A stretch of 64,000 bases of DNA from a virus (lineage: Duplodnaviria > Caudoviricetes), in IMG/VR virus record IMGVR_UViG_3300046786_000304, positions 32,001 to 96,000 of that record; one strand, written 5' to 3'. Below, piece after piece: positions 38,513 through 48,025 of this stretch. The notes under the pieces are model-generated. The model was not told the DNA's origin, did not search any database, and saw nothing but the letters and a program-made list of their open reading frames with translations. Position numbers and translations under genes: made by a program. Position 1 is the stretch's first letter. The number at the start of each line of letters is the position of its first letter.

Positions 38513-39938
38513 TATTTGTACCCCAAATTCTTTCACCCAAATAACTTATAAAATTTTCAGTTGTCTTATCTGTTTTGTATAATGTCAACAAATGTTCTCT
38601 ATTGTGTATAAGAATATCTTCCATGCCCCAATACCAACTATGTAATTGTTTTTTATTCATTTTACATAGTCTTTTAATTTCTGCGTGAACCATTGCTACT
38701 CGTTTTGAAGTGTCTTGTTCTAAGTCGTAGCTTTCGTCAATGAATCCCGTGAATGTTTTAAAGCCCATATCCCGCAATAGTTGTAATGCGCCTGGAAAAG
38801 ATATAAACAAGAAAGGCAAATAATTTCCTATAGGCTTGCATATCTTTTCAGTTACTGACTTGTAAGGACCTTCTGTATATGTTTCTGTACAGATATAAAA
38901 ATAAGCATTATTATATGAATCAACTTGAGTGTCTGTCCAGGAACTAACACTATTGAATGTATCATTGGGTTCGTCTTTTAACGACTTTGGCAACCGATTA
39001 AATAATCTTTTTACTTTTGCTTCAGTTAATTTAAATCCGTATTTTTCATTATACTCGTCTACTAGAGTATCATAATATTTGAAATCTGATAGCCAACTCC
39101 AATCTCCTTGGTCTAACAAGTTATCTTCATTTAATGCCAAGGCTAATGCTACTCTGTGCTCGCGAGAACGTCTTATTTTAAATAAGAAAGAATTTGGTCG
39201 TATCCTTTTAATTGATGATTGAAAGCGATCGAATTCTGTTCTGCCTTCCCGTGTCTGCATATAGAAGTAACTAGTATTGCTGATAACAAATGGCCAGCTT
39301 TTAACTATCAACATTCGTTCTTCTTCGGGGAACCATGACTTGTAAACTTCTTCGGCATTGAATGTATTGAACGCTAGTACAACTTGACTTTTTGGAATGC
39401 CGCTGTATTCTAATGCTGTATGTAAATTTTCATAGCTAGATTTCACAACAAAATTTTCCTGTCCGTAGTCAAGCACTATCAATGCTCGCCCTGAACGTGC
39501 ATCTTCTAATGCTTCCGTGGACATGAATTTCCAAAAGAAGTTACCTGCAATTTTTGTGTTGTTAAAGGCGGCTCCGTTAAAAGCATCAATGTGAGGACTA
39601 ATTTTTATAGGATATATGTATTTGTTATAACGCCTTTTTCCAAGATATAAACTTTCTTCTCTTGCGTCTACCAATTCCATACAAGGGCCTTGATTTAAAT
39701 GTGTACCAGGTGATGTATTAGGCCATGTACCAAAGCTTTTTCCAAACATAAAAGACAATACTGTATCAGTGTCTGATCCCATGGGAGATTGTTGTTCAAA
39801 TATACCCGAGTCTCTAACTGTAGTGGTATGCATGCTATGCATATAATTAATTATTCCTAGTTCAGGTTGTAGCGCATTTGCTAGCACTGAATTAGGAAAT
39901 ACATAATCGTATAATAAGGGTAGTGTTACTTTATCCAT
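38502..39938 (-). CDS. Putative glycosyltransferase (GT-B-like, 'SET..SEK' family 2)
   Basis: FLFKIRRSREHR, YICTET..VTEKICKPI and GFKTF..IDESYD motifs. Confidence 0.5.
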   Translation of the reverse strand: MDKVTLPLLYDYVFPNSVLANALQPELGIINYMHSMHTTTVRDSGIFEQQSPMGSDTDTVLSFMFGKSFGTWPNTSPGTHLNQGPCMELVDAREESLYLGKRRYNKYIYPIKISPHIDAFNGAAFNNTKIAGNFFWKFMSTEALEDARSGRALIVLDYGQENFVVKSSYENLHTALEYSGIPKSQVVLAFNTFNAEEVYKSWFPEEERMLIVKSWPFVISNTSYFYMQTREGRTEFDRFQSSIKRIRPNSFLFKIRRSREHRVALALALNEDNLLDQGDWSWLSDFKYYDTLVDEYNEKYGFKLTEAKVKRLFNRLPKSLKDEPNDTFNSVSSWTDTQVDSYNNAYFYICTETYTEGPYKSVTEKICKPIGNYLPFLFISFPGALQLLRDMGFKTFTGFIDESYDLEQDTSKRVAMVHAEIKRLCKMNKKQLHSWYWGMEDILIHNREHLLTLYKTDKTTENFISYLGERIWGTNNEL

Positions 39939-40713
39939 TTAATAAACTGTTTATAAAAGCTTGATCATGTTTTTTTCTAAATTCATTGTTAAATTTTTGA
40001 CCCATTTGATTTTGGCTAGTGTGATCAAAATTTTTGTTACACTGGTCTACAAATGTTTTTGTTTTTGTAGTATTAAATCTAGGAAAAAACTCTGTAATGT
40101 ATTTAAGATAAACATTCGTACTTGGATGCCCGTCTGTGCGTTTTACATCTTCCCAGTACGGGCTATCAGTATACTGATTCTTTTCTTTCCATTTATCTAG
40201 CGTGATATTAACATCTAGCATTGAATAAATTTCATTAGCTAATGGTTTTATGCTGTCGTTTAATTTTGCGGTGCCGTCTATGTAAGCAGAATTATCTATG
40301 CCCATGACCATAACGTGCGGTATATCTTTTAACACTTTCTTAATCACTTTGGCAGCAATCCACGATTGGTAAACTGCCCAATTATCACTCCACATGTTTT
40401 TTACAAACTCTACTGTAACAGGGTTGTTAGTATTATAATTATAGCTGTGTAAATCGCCATATGTTTGCCAATTATTATCTTCGGGCAAGTAACTAAATCT
40501 ACCAAAGCCAGTTAACATTACTAGTACATAATCAGTTTTTGAATCGAACTTATATACTTCATCGGCTTCAACTATTTTGTTCATTATGAATGTATTTGAA
40601 CAGCCCGATCGACCATAGTTATAATACTCTTTAAAATTTACACCAATTAAATCTGCCCATGTGGCATACGAATAACTTGTATAACTACATCCAAACGCAA
40701 AACATCTTTTCAT
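39931..40713 (-). CDS. SGNH/GDSL-like protein
   Basis: AFGCSYT, NYGRSGCSN and DGHPS motifs. Confidence 0.65.
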   Translation of the reverse strand: MKRCFAFGCSYTSYSYATWADLIGVNFKEYYNYGRSGCSNTFIMNKIVEADEVYKFDSKTDYVLVMLTGFGRFSYLPEDNNWQTYGDLHSYNYNTNNPVTVEFVKNMWSDNWAVYQSWIAAKVIKKVLKDIPHVMVMGIDNSAYIDGTAKLNDSIKPLANEIYSMLDVNITLDKWKEKNQYTDSPYWEDVKRTDGHPSTNVYLKYITEFFPRFNTTKTKTFVDQCNKNFDHTSQNQMGQKFNNEFRKKHDQAFINSLLNG

Positions 40714-41597
40714 ATTATTTTCTTTACCAATGGAATTAACATATTATCACACCATACTCGATGTCCTTGCTGACTAGGGTGAAACCCATCCTGTGCAAAG
40801 TATTCCAGATTGTATTTATTTTGTAGATTTTTTCTTTCATCGTGTGATAACAAAATGGCATCATCTTCCATGACATTAATAAACTTATGCAAGTATTCGA
40901 ACATCCCTTGTTCAATTGTATTGGTTTTATCTAATTGTTTGAAGAGATAATTGACTATTTCATGATCTTTGTGGCGTTCAATGTCAGTATAAACATGTTT
41001 CATAAAAAATTGATTAATCAACTTAATGCTGTGTAACTTACAAAAGTTTTGAAGCATTACTATATTTTCCAAGCTTGAATGTGTTTTACCTACACCATTA
41101 ACTTCTTTGTCTAACATGTAATGTTGCTGTACAAATTCCAATTGGCTGTCGCTGCCATTAACAGTTAAATACCAACCGCCGTCTTTGTTATATTTGAATT
41201 CAGATCCGTTCTTAGTATAAAATACGCCATCGCCATTGATATCGTCGTTGGTAAGATTTAAAAACTGATGTGTCATTCCGCCATGAAAGTTTGGCCAATC
41301 ATTGACCATACGTTCTATTATTGTGGGATTATCAATGAACCAAGATTTGCGACTGGTGCCACTCCACATTACTGCTACTAATATCTCGCTGGCATTTAGT
41401 CCAGAATCTAATGCTGATATTATTGACGCACTAACACGCTTTTGTATAAGTTCTTGGCCACTGCTATTTCTACCAGTATGACTAGTTGTTAGACTAGGAT
41501 TTTGTTTACGTAAGAATTGAGTAAGACAGCCTACCCATCCGTTGTCGTCATCACCGGTACTAAAACTACATCCGCCGGTGATAAGATGTTTGATCAT
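40710..41597 (-). CDS. SGNH/GDSL-like protein
   Basis: TGGCSFS and DGFHPSQQGH motifs. Confidence 0.65.
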   Translation of the reverse strand: MIKHLITGGCSFSTGDDDNGWVGCLTQFLRKQNPSLTTSHTGRNSSGQELIQKRVSASIISALDSGLNASEILVAVMWSGTSRKSWFIDNPTIIERMVNDWPNFHGGMTHQFLNLTNDDINGDGVFYTKNGSEFKYNKDGGWYLTVNGSDSQLEFVQQHYMLDKEVNGVGKTHSSLENIVMLQNFCKLHSIKLINQFFMKHVYTDIERHKDHEIVNYLFKQLDKTNTIEQGMFEYLHKFINVMEDDAILLSHDERKNLQNKYNLEYFAQDGFHPSQQGHRVWCDNMLIPLVKKII

Positions 41598-42256
41598 GGT
41601 ATTTGTATATTCTTAAGAAATGTTTTTACTTTCTTAGCCAAAGCAGAATGTGCTTTTTCATTGGGATGATACCCGTCACTACATTTCATTCCTTTGTTTA
41701 CACAATATACTTCATATACAGAAGTATTGTAGCCTAAGACAAATTTATTTGTTGGCAATAACTTAACCATGTTTTTATATTGCTCTTCGAATGGTTCTTT
41801 GTTTATTTCTTCTAAAAAAGAATTAATAAAAGCGTAGGGTATTTTCTTTGCTTCTAAAAAGGATGCTACGAATATTTGTTGTGTGTAATATTCCATCAAG
41901 CCTTCGTAGTCATTGTATACATGTTCGTACCAATGATCTTTCTTCTTTTTAAGATATGGATCTTCGGGCTCATAACCTAATAACACATTTTCCCATTTTT
42001 TAAATTCTGGGTGATATATTGCTGTACGGGAAAGTCCAGTCCAAGAAAACAGCACCAATACTTGTTCTGGATTTTCTATATCAGCAAAATCGTTGAGTAA
42101 ATTAATTATGCTGAGTTTGTTTGAGCCACCTGGAATACCTTTGTTAACAACTGGCAGTTTCATTGACTTGCCCAATTTAGCAGGCCACGCATCCTCAGAT
42201 GCTACACCGTCGCCAGATGTAAAGCTATCTCCGTATGCGTAAATCTTGTCAATCAT
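41594..42256 (-). CDS. SGNH/GDSL-like protein
   Basis: AYGDSFTSG, NKGIPGGSN and DGYHPNEKAH motifs. Start at 42256 with SD AAGGA. Confidence 0.75.
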   Translation of the reverse strand: MIDKIYAYGDSFTSGDGVASEDAWPAKLGKSMKLPVVNKGIPGGSNKLSIINLLNDFADIENPEQVLVLFSWTGLSRTAIYHPEFKKWENVLLGYEPEDPYLKKKKDHWYEHVYNDYEGLMEYYTQQIFVASFLEAKKIPYAFINSFLEEINKEPFEEQYKNMVKLLPTNKFVLGYNTSVYEVYCVNKGMKCSDGYHPNEKAHSALAKKVKTFLKNIQIP

Positions 42257-43694
42257 TTTCCTTATATACCCCGGTCTCAGCAAAAGTAATTCCAGACTGT
42301 TCTACTAACTTGACAACTTCATATTTTTTATTAAGTTCTATGCTTTCATACCAGTCGGCAATTTCTGGAAATGTATTAACTATGTTTTTGTTTCTTCTAG
42401 CATCATACTGTGAATAGAAACTTTTGAAGTCATGGAATAATGCTGTCTTATCATGTGTTGTAGATACGTGTCCAGTTTGTACAACTTCAAGATAATCAAT
42501 TAATCGTTTAATGCTGGCTTTTTCTCCAGCTTCTAAATACTGACTATGCTCGTGTTTGTTATACCAAGCAGATAGTTTTGCGTGTACTTCGTCTTTGAGA
42601 TCGTTGGGTAGCGTAACTGGACTCATGTATGCGGGCCAGCGTAGAATATTTAAATCCAAATAAGGTCTATTGTTGCCATATTTTTGTTTAAGTTCCAACA
42701 TATCGTCCATGAACTCTGTGATACTAAACAGGCACAGGTTAGATATAGTCATCATGATTGTGACATTTCTAAACTTAGCATTTTCGATAAAGTTAACTAG
42801 ATTACTGCGCCATACTTTATAGTCCATACCGTCACGTAAATACTCTGCGTGTAAGCCAAAGCTTTCGTTGCTAGTAAACAAATCAAACTCTTTAACTGGC
42901 AATGTCTTAGTTACTTCAATTAATCGTTCCAATGCTCGTGGACTTGAGCCTAGGTTACTGTTAACTGCAAAGCGCATATCCAAGTATTCATTCTTTTCTG
43001 TGATGATATCAATAAAGCGCCAAAAGTTTTGACTAACTGTACACTCACCGCCAGTGATGCGTAGTTCTTGCAAGCTCTTAGACAAGTCGGGCCACCATTC
43101 AAAGAAAGCCTCTACATAAGGATTGTCGTCTAAATGACGTCCATATGCTGTACTCCAAGCACCATCAGTTTGATATGCGCCACCTCCGCCGCCTTCGGCA
43201 ACAAAGTTTTGATAAGGACCATTCTTGGCAATATCATAACTCCATGTTGTACTGTAACCTGCGTTACAGTAACTACAAGCAAAGTTACATTGTCTATCAA
43301 AGCTAATTTCTAATGTTTTAAGATTAACATCATCAGCCCAGTTCATTGACTGAATCTTTTTAATATCTTCTGCGCTGTATATAATACTTTTATTAATGCG
43401 ATCGCTGATGTTGTTTCTACCAATGCCTTCTACTTTCCAGCAATAACCGCACTCTGCCGGCTTTTTACCTTCCAGCATCATTTTACGCATACGCTTTTTA
43501 TGATCAGTGTTATGCAAACCGCTGGGGTTGTAACTGATTTCACTAACGTCAATTGGATGAGGCAAAGGTAAGTGACAGCTACCGGTATAACCAGACCCTA
43601 AAAAGATACTGGCATTATACCACTTAGCCGCACAAAAGCTGGGACTAATTGAATTGAGATTTTCATCTCTCCATTTAATTAAGTCATCAGACAT
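42249..43694 (-). CDS. Radical SAM protein with N-terminal CxxKW/SCH domain
   Basis: CAAKW..GSCH..CGYCW, CNFACSYC and TGGE motifs. Confidence 0.9.
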   Translation of the reverse strand: MSDDLIKWRDENLNSISPSFCAAKWYNASIFLGSGYTGSCHLPLPHPIDVSEISYNPSGLHNTDHKKRMRKMMLEGKKPAECGYCWKVEGIGRNNISDRINKSIIYSAEDIKKIQSMNWADDVNLKTLEISFDRQCNFACSYCNAGYSTTWSYDIAKNGPYQNFVAEGGGGGAYQTDGAWSTAYGRHLDDNPYVEAFFEWWPDLSKSLQELRITGGECTVSQNFWRFIDIITEKNEYLDMRFAVNSNLGSSPRALERLIEVTKTLPVKEFDLFTSNESFGLHAEYLRDGMDYKVWRSNLVNFIENAKFRNVTIMMTISNLCLFSITEFMDDMLELKQKYGNNRPYLDLNILRWPAYMSPVTLPNDLKDEVHAKLSAWYNKHEHSQYLEAGEKASIKRLIDYLEVVQTGHVSTTHDKTALFHDFKSFYSQYDARRNKNIVNTFPEIADWYESIELNKKYEVVKLVEQSGITFAETGVYKEND

Positions 43695-45264
43695 CTTTGT
43701 TAACTACCTTTTGTTTCATTGCTTTACAAATGTTATAAAATTCTGTGTACTCTGGATATACTTCTAAAAAGTTTGTACCATAGCGACGATCCAAGTCATT
43801 GACAAAGTCATAGAACTTAGCACGATTTAATGTAAAGTCTTTGTTACCTTCAAAATCATTCTTTGAGTTGTAAGCAATGTTCAAACATACACGTTTGAAT
43901 TTTTCAAGCTCAAACTCTTCAAACGCATGATGCATCTTCCAAGTCTTAGTCTGTGTTGTATGATCCGCCATATAGTTAATACTTGGCAACAAATACTCTT
44001 GGATAAGATCTTTACTGGCCCACTGTGCGTCCAAGAATGTTGGATTACGCAAGTAAGGCAAGTCAATGCCATTGATACTAGGATGACTTGTAGTCTTTTT
44101 ACTTCTATCTGTATATGACTCTCCGGGATAGGCAAAGTTAAAGCCTGTGTCCTTTTCCCACATGTCAGCAACAACTGGGTTAGGATTATATTTCTTTCTA
44201 AGTTCTAGTTGCCATTCAAACAATTTTTGTATACTGGAAATACTTAGAATGTTAAATGTAACCATCGTAGTAATTCTAATATTACCCATGGCCATAATCT
44301 GTTCGTAACGCTTACAGAACTTTTCAAAGTCCAAGCCTGGACGCAGATATTCGGCACGTTCGCCCCAACCATCTACACTGGTAAAGATAGTTAACTTCTT
44401 AATGTAATTGCCGCGGCTTAGGATCTCAGCACGTTCAATGAACTTGTCCCATAACTTGTCAGGTACACCCATGTTCGTATTGATACTAAGTTCAAGTTCA
44501 GGATTTGGATTTTCAATGAACCAATCCATACTTCTATAAGTTTCTTTACTAAGCAAAGGCTCGCCGCCTGTGATACGGAATACATGTAAGTGTTTGTAAG
44601 CTTCTGGCCACCACTTCCAAAATGCGTCAATGTAAGGATTGAATTCGTTGTTCTTATAACTTAGACTGTCTAAGTCCTTTTGCCAACCTTGTGCCCATAG
44701 AGTATGGTCTGTATTTTCTAATAGCTTAACAGGACCGTTTTGTTTTAGTTCCTCAACCCATTTACTGCTATACTCAGGACCGCAGTAAACGCATTTAAAG
44801 TTACATACGTTGCTAAAGTCTACTTCCAAATAACTTGGGTAAAAGTCTTGACTAGGATCACTGGCTTGAATCTCGTCATGCTTTTCCAATGCCCATGGCT
44901 CTAAACTCTTGTAAAATCTATCACTGGGACTTTTGTTATCTTCTACACGCCAGCAGTAGTCGCATTCTTTGGGACGCTGGCCCTCCATCATTTCTCTTCT
45001 TGCTTTTCTTAATATGCCGGTGTTAAACAATGCGCCAGGATTACGTTGAATTTCCTCTAATGGAATCTTATGTGGCACCGGGTGGTGACAACTGTGTGTC
45101 ATACCAGTACCCAAATGCATGGTAACTTGTGTAAATTTAGCAAGGCAAAATCCAGGACCTGTACTATCTAATAATTCTTTTGTTTTATCGATATTCGGTC
45201 CAGTACGGGCTACTTTTTTATCGTAGCCGATATCCCAGTTAATATCGCTGAGTTTCTTTTTCAT
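43687..45264 (-). CDS. Radical SAM protein with N-terminal CxxKF/SCH domain
   Basis: CLAKF..HSCHH..CDYCW, CNFKCVYC and TGGEP motifs. Confidence 0.9.
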   Translation of the reverse strand: MKKKLSDINWDIGYDKKVARTGPNIDKTKELLDSTGPGFCLAKFTQVTMHLGTGMTHSCHHPVPHKIPLEEIQRNPGALFNTGILRKARREMMEGQRPKECDYCWRVEDNKSPSDRFYKSLEPWALEKHDEIQASDPSQDFYPSYLEVDFSNVCNFKCVYCGPEYSSKWVEELKQNGPVKLLENTDHTLWAQGWQKDLDSLSYKNNEFNPYIDAFWKWWPEAYKHLHVFRITGGEPLLSKETYRSMDWFIENPNPELELSINTNMGVPDKLWDKFIERAEILSRGNYIKKLTIFTSVDGWGERAEYLRPGLDFEKFCKRYEQIMAMGNIRITTMVTFNILSISSIQKLFEWQLELRKKYNPNPVVADMWEKDTGFNFAYPGESYTDRSKKTTSHPSINGIDLPYLRNPTFLDAQWASKDLIQEYLLPSINYMADHTTQTKTWKMHHAFEEFELEKFKRVCLNIAYNSKNDFEGNKDFTLNRAKFYDFVNDLDRRYGTNFLEVYPEYTEFYNICKAMKQKVVNKDV

Positions 45265-45273
45265 TTTTTGCCT

Positions 45274-46245
45274 TTAATTTATGCTGTTATCTACTTGGCT
45301 CTCTTTAACTAGAGCGCCTAACCTGGGAGGGTTAATAAAACTTTCTTTAAACATGCGACTGCCATTAAAATCTAATTCTGCAATCTCTAAATTTAAATTT
45401 GTGCGTAGTTCTTGACCAAACTTGTAAATTTCTTTTTTCAATTTCTCTGGATCATAGTTCCATCCAGTGGCATTACATCTTCCGCCTTCTCCCTCGAACT
45501 GCGGTTTAACACTATTTTCCCAGAACTGATCATGCCAGTCAAAATCTCTACAAGCTGTAAAATCAAAACTATCTTTAGCCAAGTTAGTTAGATATGCGCC
45601 TAGTCTAGTTCCAAACATTGCCCAATGTCCGTTCTCTACATCAGCACCTACACTTGACCATACCAAGAAACGTTTATAGTTACGCTCATGAACTTGTTCT
45701 TTAAGACGACGCGGATCCACTGTTACACCGCCACTGAGTAACAGTTTAACGCCTTCGCGGAATCCAGCTCTGTATGCTTGGTAAGCACTGGCATTATTGT
45801 GTACATCACAGTAGATATTATTCATTTGGAAGTAATAGATATCCCAACAGAAATCAACTTTGGCTTTTGGATCATCTGCGTTTTCATGTGTACGCATTTG
45901 TTCGACTACATGCTTGGGCCACATCTTAATACCGCCATTGCCGTAGACTAATCCATTGATAACATTCTTGCCGGCCCAACTAACAATATCATGTTTGCCT
46001 ATCTTGCTCATGTCTAATTCTAAACTAAAGAATTCATCACGAACAATGTTGTCGGCATCGATGGTAATAAAGCGATCTGTTTCTGCTACTCTGGCTGCTT
46101 CTTTGTGTGCGTTATCGAAACCTTTAACGCCATGAACACGTTTAGCCCATGGTGCTTTTTCTAATAGGTTTGCATAATTCTTATCTGCGTTTGGTTCGTC
46201 GTAGCTTAAAAATACGATATCAAAACTTGTAATAGGTACTGACAT
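45274..46245 (-). CDS. Glycosyltransferase-like protein (GT-A, DxD), paralog family 1
   Basis: FLSYDEPNAD, TIDADN, NGLVYGNGGIKMW and AYRAGFREGVKL motifs. ATG at 46245 with SD GAGGA. Confidence 0.6.
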   Translation of the reverse strand: MSVPITSFDIVFLSYDEPNADKNYANLLEKAPWAKRVHGVKGFDNAHKEAARVAETDRFITIDADNIVRDEFFSLELDMSKIGKHDIVSWAGKNVINGLVYGNGGIKMWPKHVVEQMRTHENADDPKAKVDFCWDIYYFQMNNIYCDVHNNASAYQAYRAGFREGVKLLLSGGVTVDPRRLKEQVHERNYKRFLVWSSVGADVENGHWAMFGTRLGAYLTNLAKDSFDFTACRDFDWHDQFWENSVKPQFEGEGGRCNATGWNYDPEKLKKEIYKFGQELRTNLNLEIAELDFNGSRMFKESFINPPRLGALVKESQVDNSIN

Positions 46246-47185
46246 TTGCGTCCTCAATATGTAAATGGTGATAATTCGAAATTATCTTAACTGGTGTAGC
46301 GGCTTTTAATTTTAACTCTACTAAATTAAAATTATCTAATTCATTGGTATTTAAAGTGACTGTGTCTAAAATCTGGCTAGGATCGTTGCTGTTATACATA
46401 TAAAAGGTTATCTTGTTGTCCAGATTAAAATTTTTAGTTTCAGACATTACGCTTTGAATTTGTAGTTTACTTCCAATTTGTTTATATACCAACGTTGGTT
46501 TAAATTTTGTAGATGCCACTGGAATAAAATACGGATCTTTATCCACACTGATTTTAAAATTATGATTATAGTGTAAAAAACGTAAGTTGTCAAATGAATT
46601 TGGATCATTGGGCAACCATTTACAAGAAAAAACTTGGTCCTGGTTGTAAAATAAATCTTTGACGTTTAACCTTAGTGTATCGTAAAGTCTGCTTGGTTCT
46701 TGTTTATCTATACAATAAATTTCCATGCTTTCAGGCATCATTGATAAATGATACTCAGTGGTCTTTTCTTTAGTGTATTCTTGTTTGAAATTTTCATATA
46801 TGAAATTGGCATTGATTTTCTTTGTTACAAAATCGCAATGTAAATGAATAAAATTCTTGTCATCGCTTTCGCCGTAGACATAATCAAATTCCCATCGTTT
46901 ATGATCTCTATGCTTGTACAGAACTCTAGTGTCTGTATCAGCATCGTATCTTATTTTTAACTTATGTAATGGAAGTTTATTATAAAAGATTTCACGAAGT
47001 AAATCATTTTCATCTAATTCTAAATTTGCCCGACGAGGGTTTGTTAGTTCGACTTCGTAGGGTGCAATGCCTAATACTTGATAAGTTAATTTGTCATACT
47101 CAACATAAAATTTTCTATTCTTACTTTCTTTCTTTTTAAGAATAGTTTTTTGTATGTCAAATTCGCTATCATCGATGTTAAGCAT
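46220..47185 (-). CDS. Hypothetical protein
   Basis: 321-aa ORF in operon context; no motif recognised. Confidence 0.7.
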   Translation of the reverse strand: MLNIDDSEFDIQKTILKKKESKNRKFYVEYDKLTYQVLGIAPYEVELTNPRRANLELDENDLLREIFYNKLPLHKLKIRYDADTDTRVLYKHRDHKRWEFDYVYGESDDKNFIHLHCDFVTKKINANFIYENFKQEYTKEKTTEYHLSMMPESMEIYCIDKQEPSRLYDTLRLNVKDLFYNQDQVFSCKWLPNDPNSFDNLRFLHYNHNFKISVDKDPYFIPVASTKFKPTLVYKQIGSKLQIQSVMSETKNFNLDNKITFYMYNSNDPSQILDTVTLNTNELDNFNLVELKLKAATPVKIISNYHHLHIEDANVSTYYKF

Positions 47186-48025
47186 TTAAATGAATTTTTT
47201 TCTTAGATTAGTTAAAGTGTCGTCAGTTAACCAAGCACTTGTGTTATATTTAACTAAGCCTAATTGAATATAATTTTCAATTTTTATATCGCCTTGGTCG
47301 TTTACCCAATAAGATAAAAACTCAGTCCATGGTTTTTTTGACCATTGATCATTAACAAAGCTATTTTCTCTAATACTTAAATCAATTAAATTTACAAAGT
47401 CAAATTTAGTTATTTTAAGTCCTAATATTTTGTACATCAATGACATTAACCACTGTGGCCATAGGTATTTAGGAAATGGCGGCATTGAATTGTTTTCTTT
47501 ATCAGCAAAGAAATCAATAATTTGATTTTGATTGTATGTAGAAGCAATCAGTACTGCCATGCCGAATACATAATCACAGCCCTTGTCTTTGTTGAAATAT
47601 ATTGCGTCTAATATAGATCCTTCGCCAAAACTTTTTTGCTCAACTGAACCTTCAGTGTATAAAGAATAATCTAGCAATTCTCCATTGAAACTGGATCTAG
47701 TTTTGGGTATAACTATACTATTCATACCTCTAAGATTTTCCCAAACATCAACGTTAAAATTAGTTAAAATTTGATCAGGATTAAATGCAATAGTTTTTGT
47801 ATAAGGGCTGGCCAATAAAGAATGGAAATATCTTGCTGATAAAATCTCATCGGGTTCCATATAAATTTCTTGATCAATATACAGCAAATATTTTTTTAAG
47901 TTTTTTTCATGGGCAATAATACTGATTGGTCTTTCCTTGTCAAACAGTCGTATACTCTTAACCAGAAGTTCAACTCTGGTTAAGTTTTTCATATTACAAT
48001 TAACTATTAAGTAACCTTCAGTCAT
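47186..48025 (-). CDS. Degenerate GT-A-like protein, paralog of 48018-48914
   Basis: GYLIV.., SPYTKTIAFNPD (NxD where the paralog has DxD). Confidence 0.45.
   Translation of the reverse strand: MTEGYLIVNCNMKNLTRVELLVKSIRLFDKERPISIIAHEKNLKKYLLYIDQEIYMEPDEILSARYFHSLLASPYTKTIAFNPDQILTNFNVDVWENLRGMNSIVIPKTRSSFNGELLDYSLYTEGSVEQKSFGEGSILDAIYFNKDKGCDYVFGMAVLIASTYNQNQIIDFFADKENNSMPPFPKYLWPQWLMSLMYKILGLKITKFDFVNLIDLSIRENSFVNDQWSKKPWTEFLSYWVNDQGDIKIENYIQLGLVKYNTSAWLTDDTLTNLRKKFI

Noticed and set aside
2885-45264. Radical SAM genes as QueE/7-deazaguanine, NrdG, MoaA, viperin or lipoate/biotin synthases
   Set aside because: No QueC/QueD/FolE/DpdA, NrdD or Moa partners occur in the window, and the auxiliary Cys patterns fit SPASM/twitch-type proteins.
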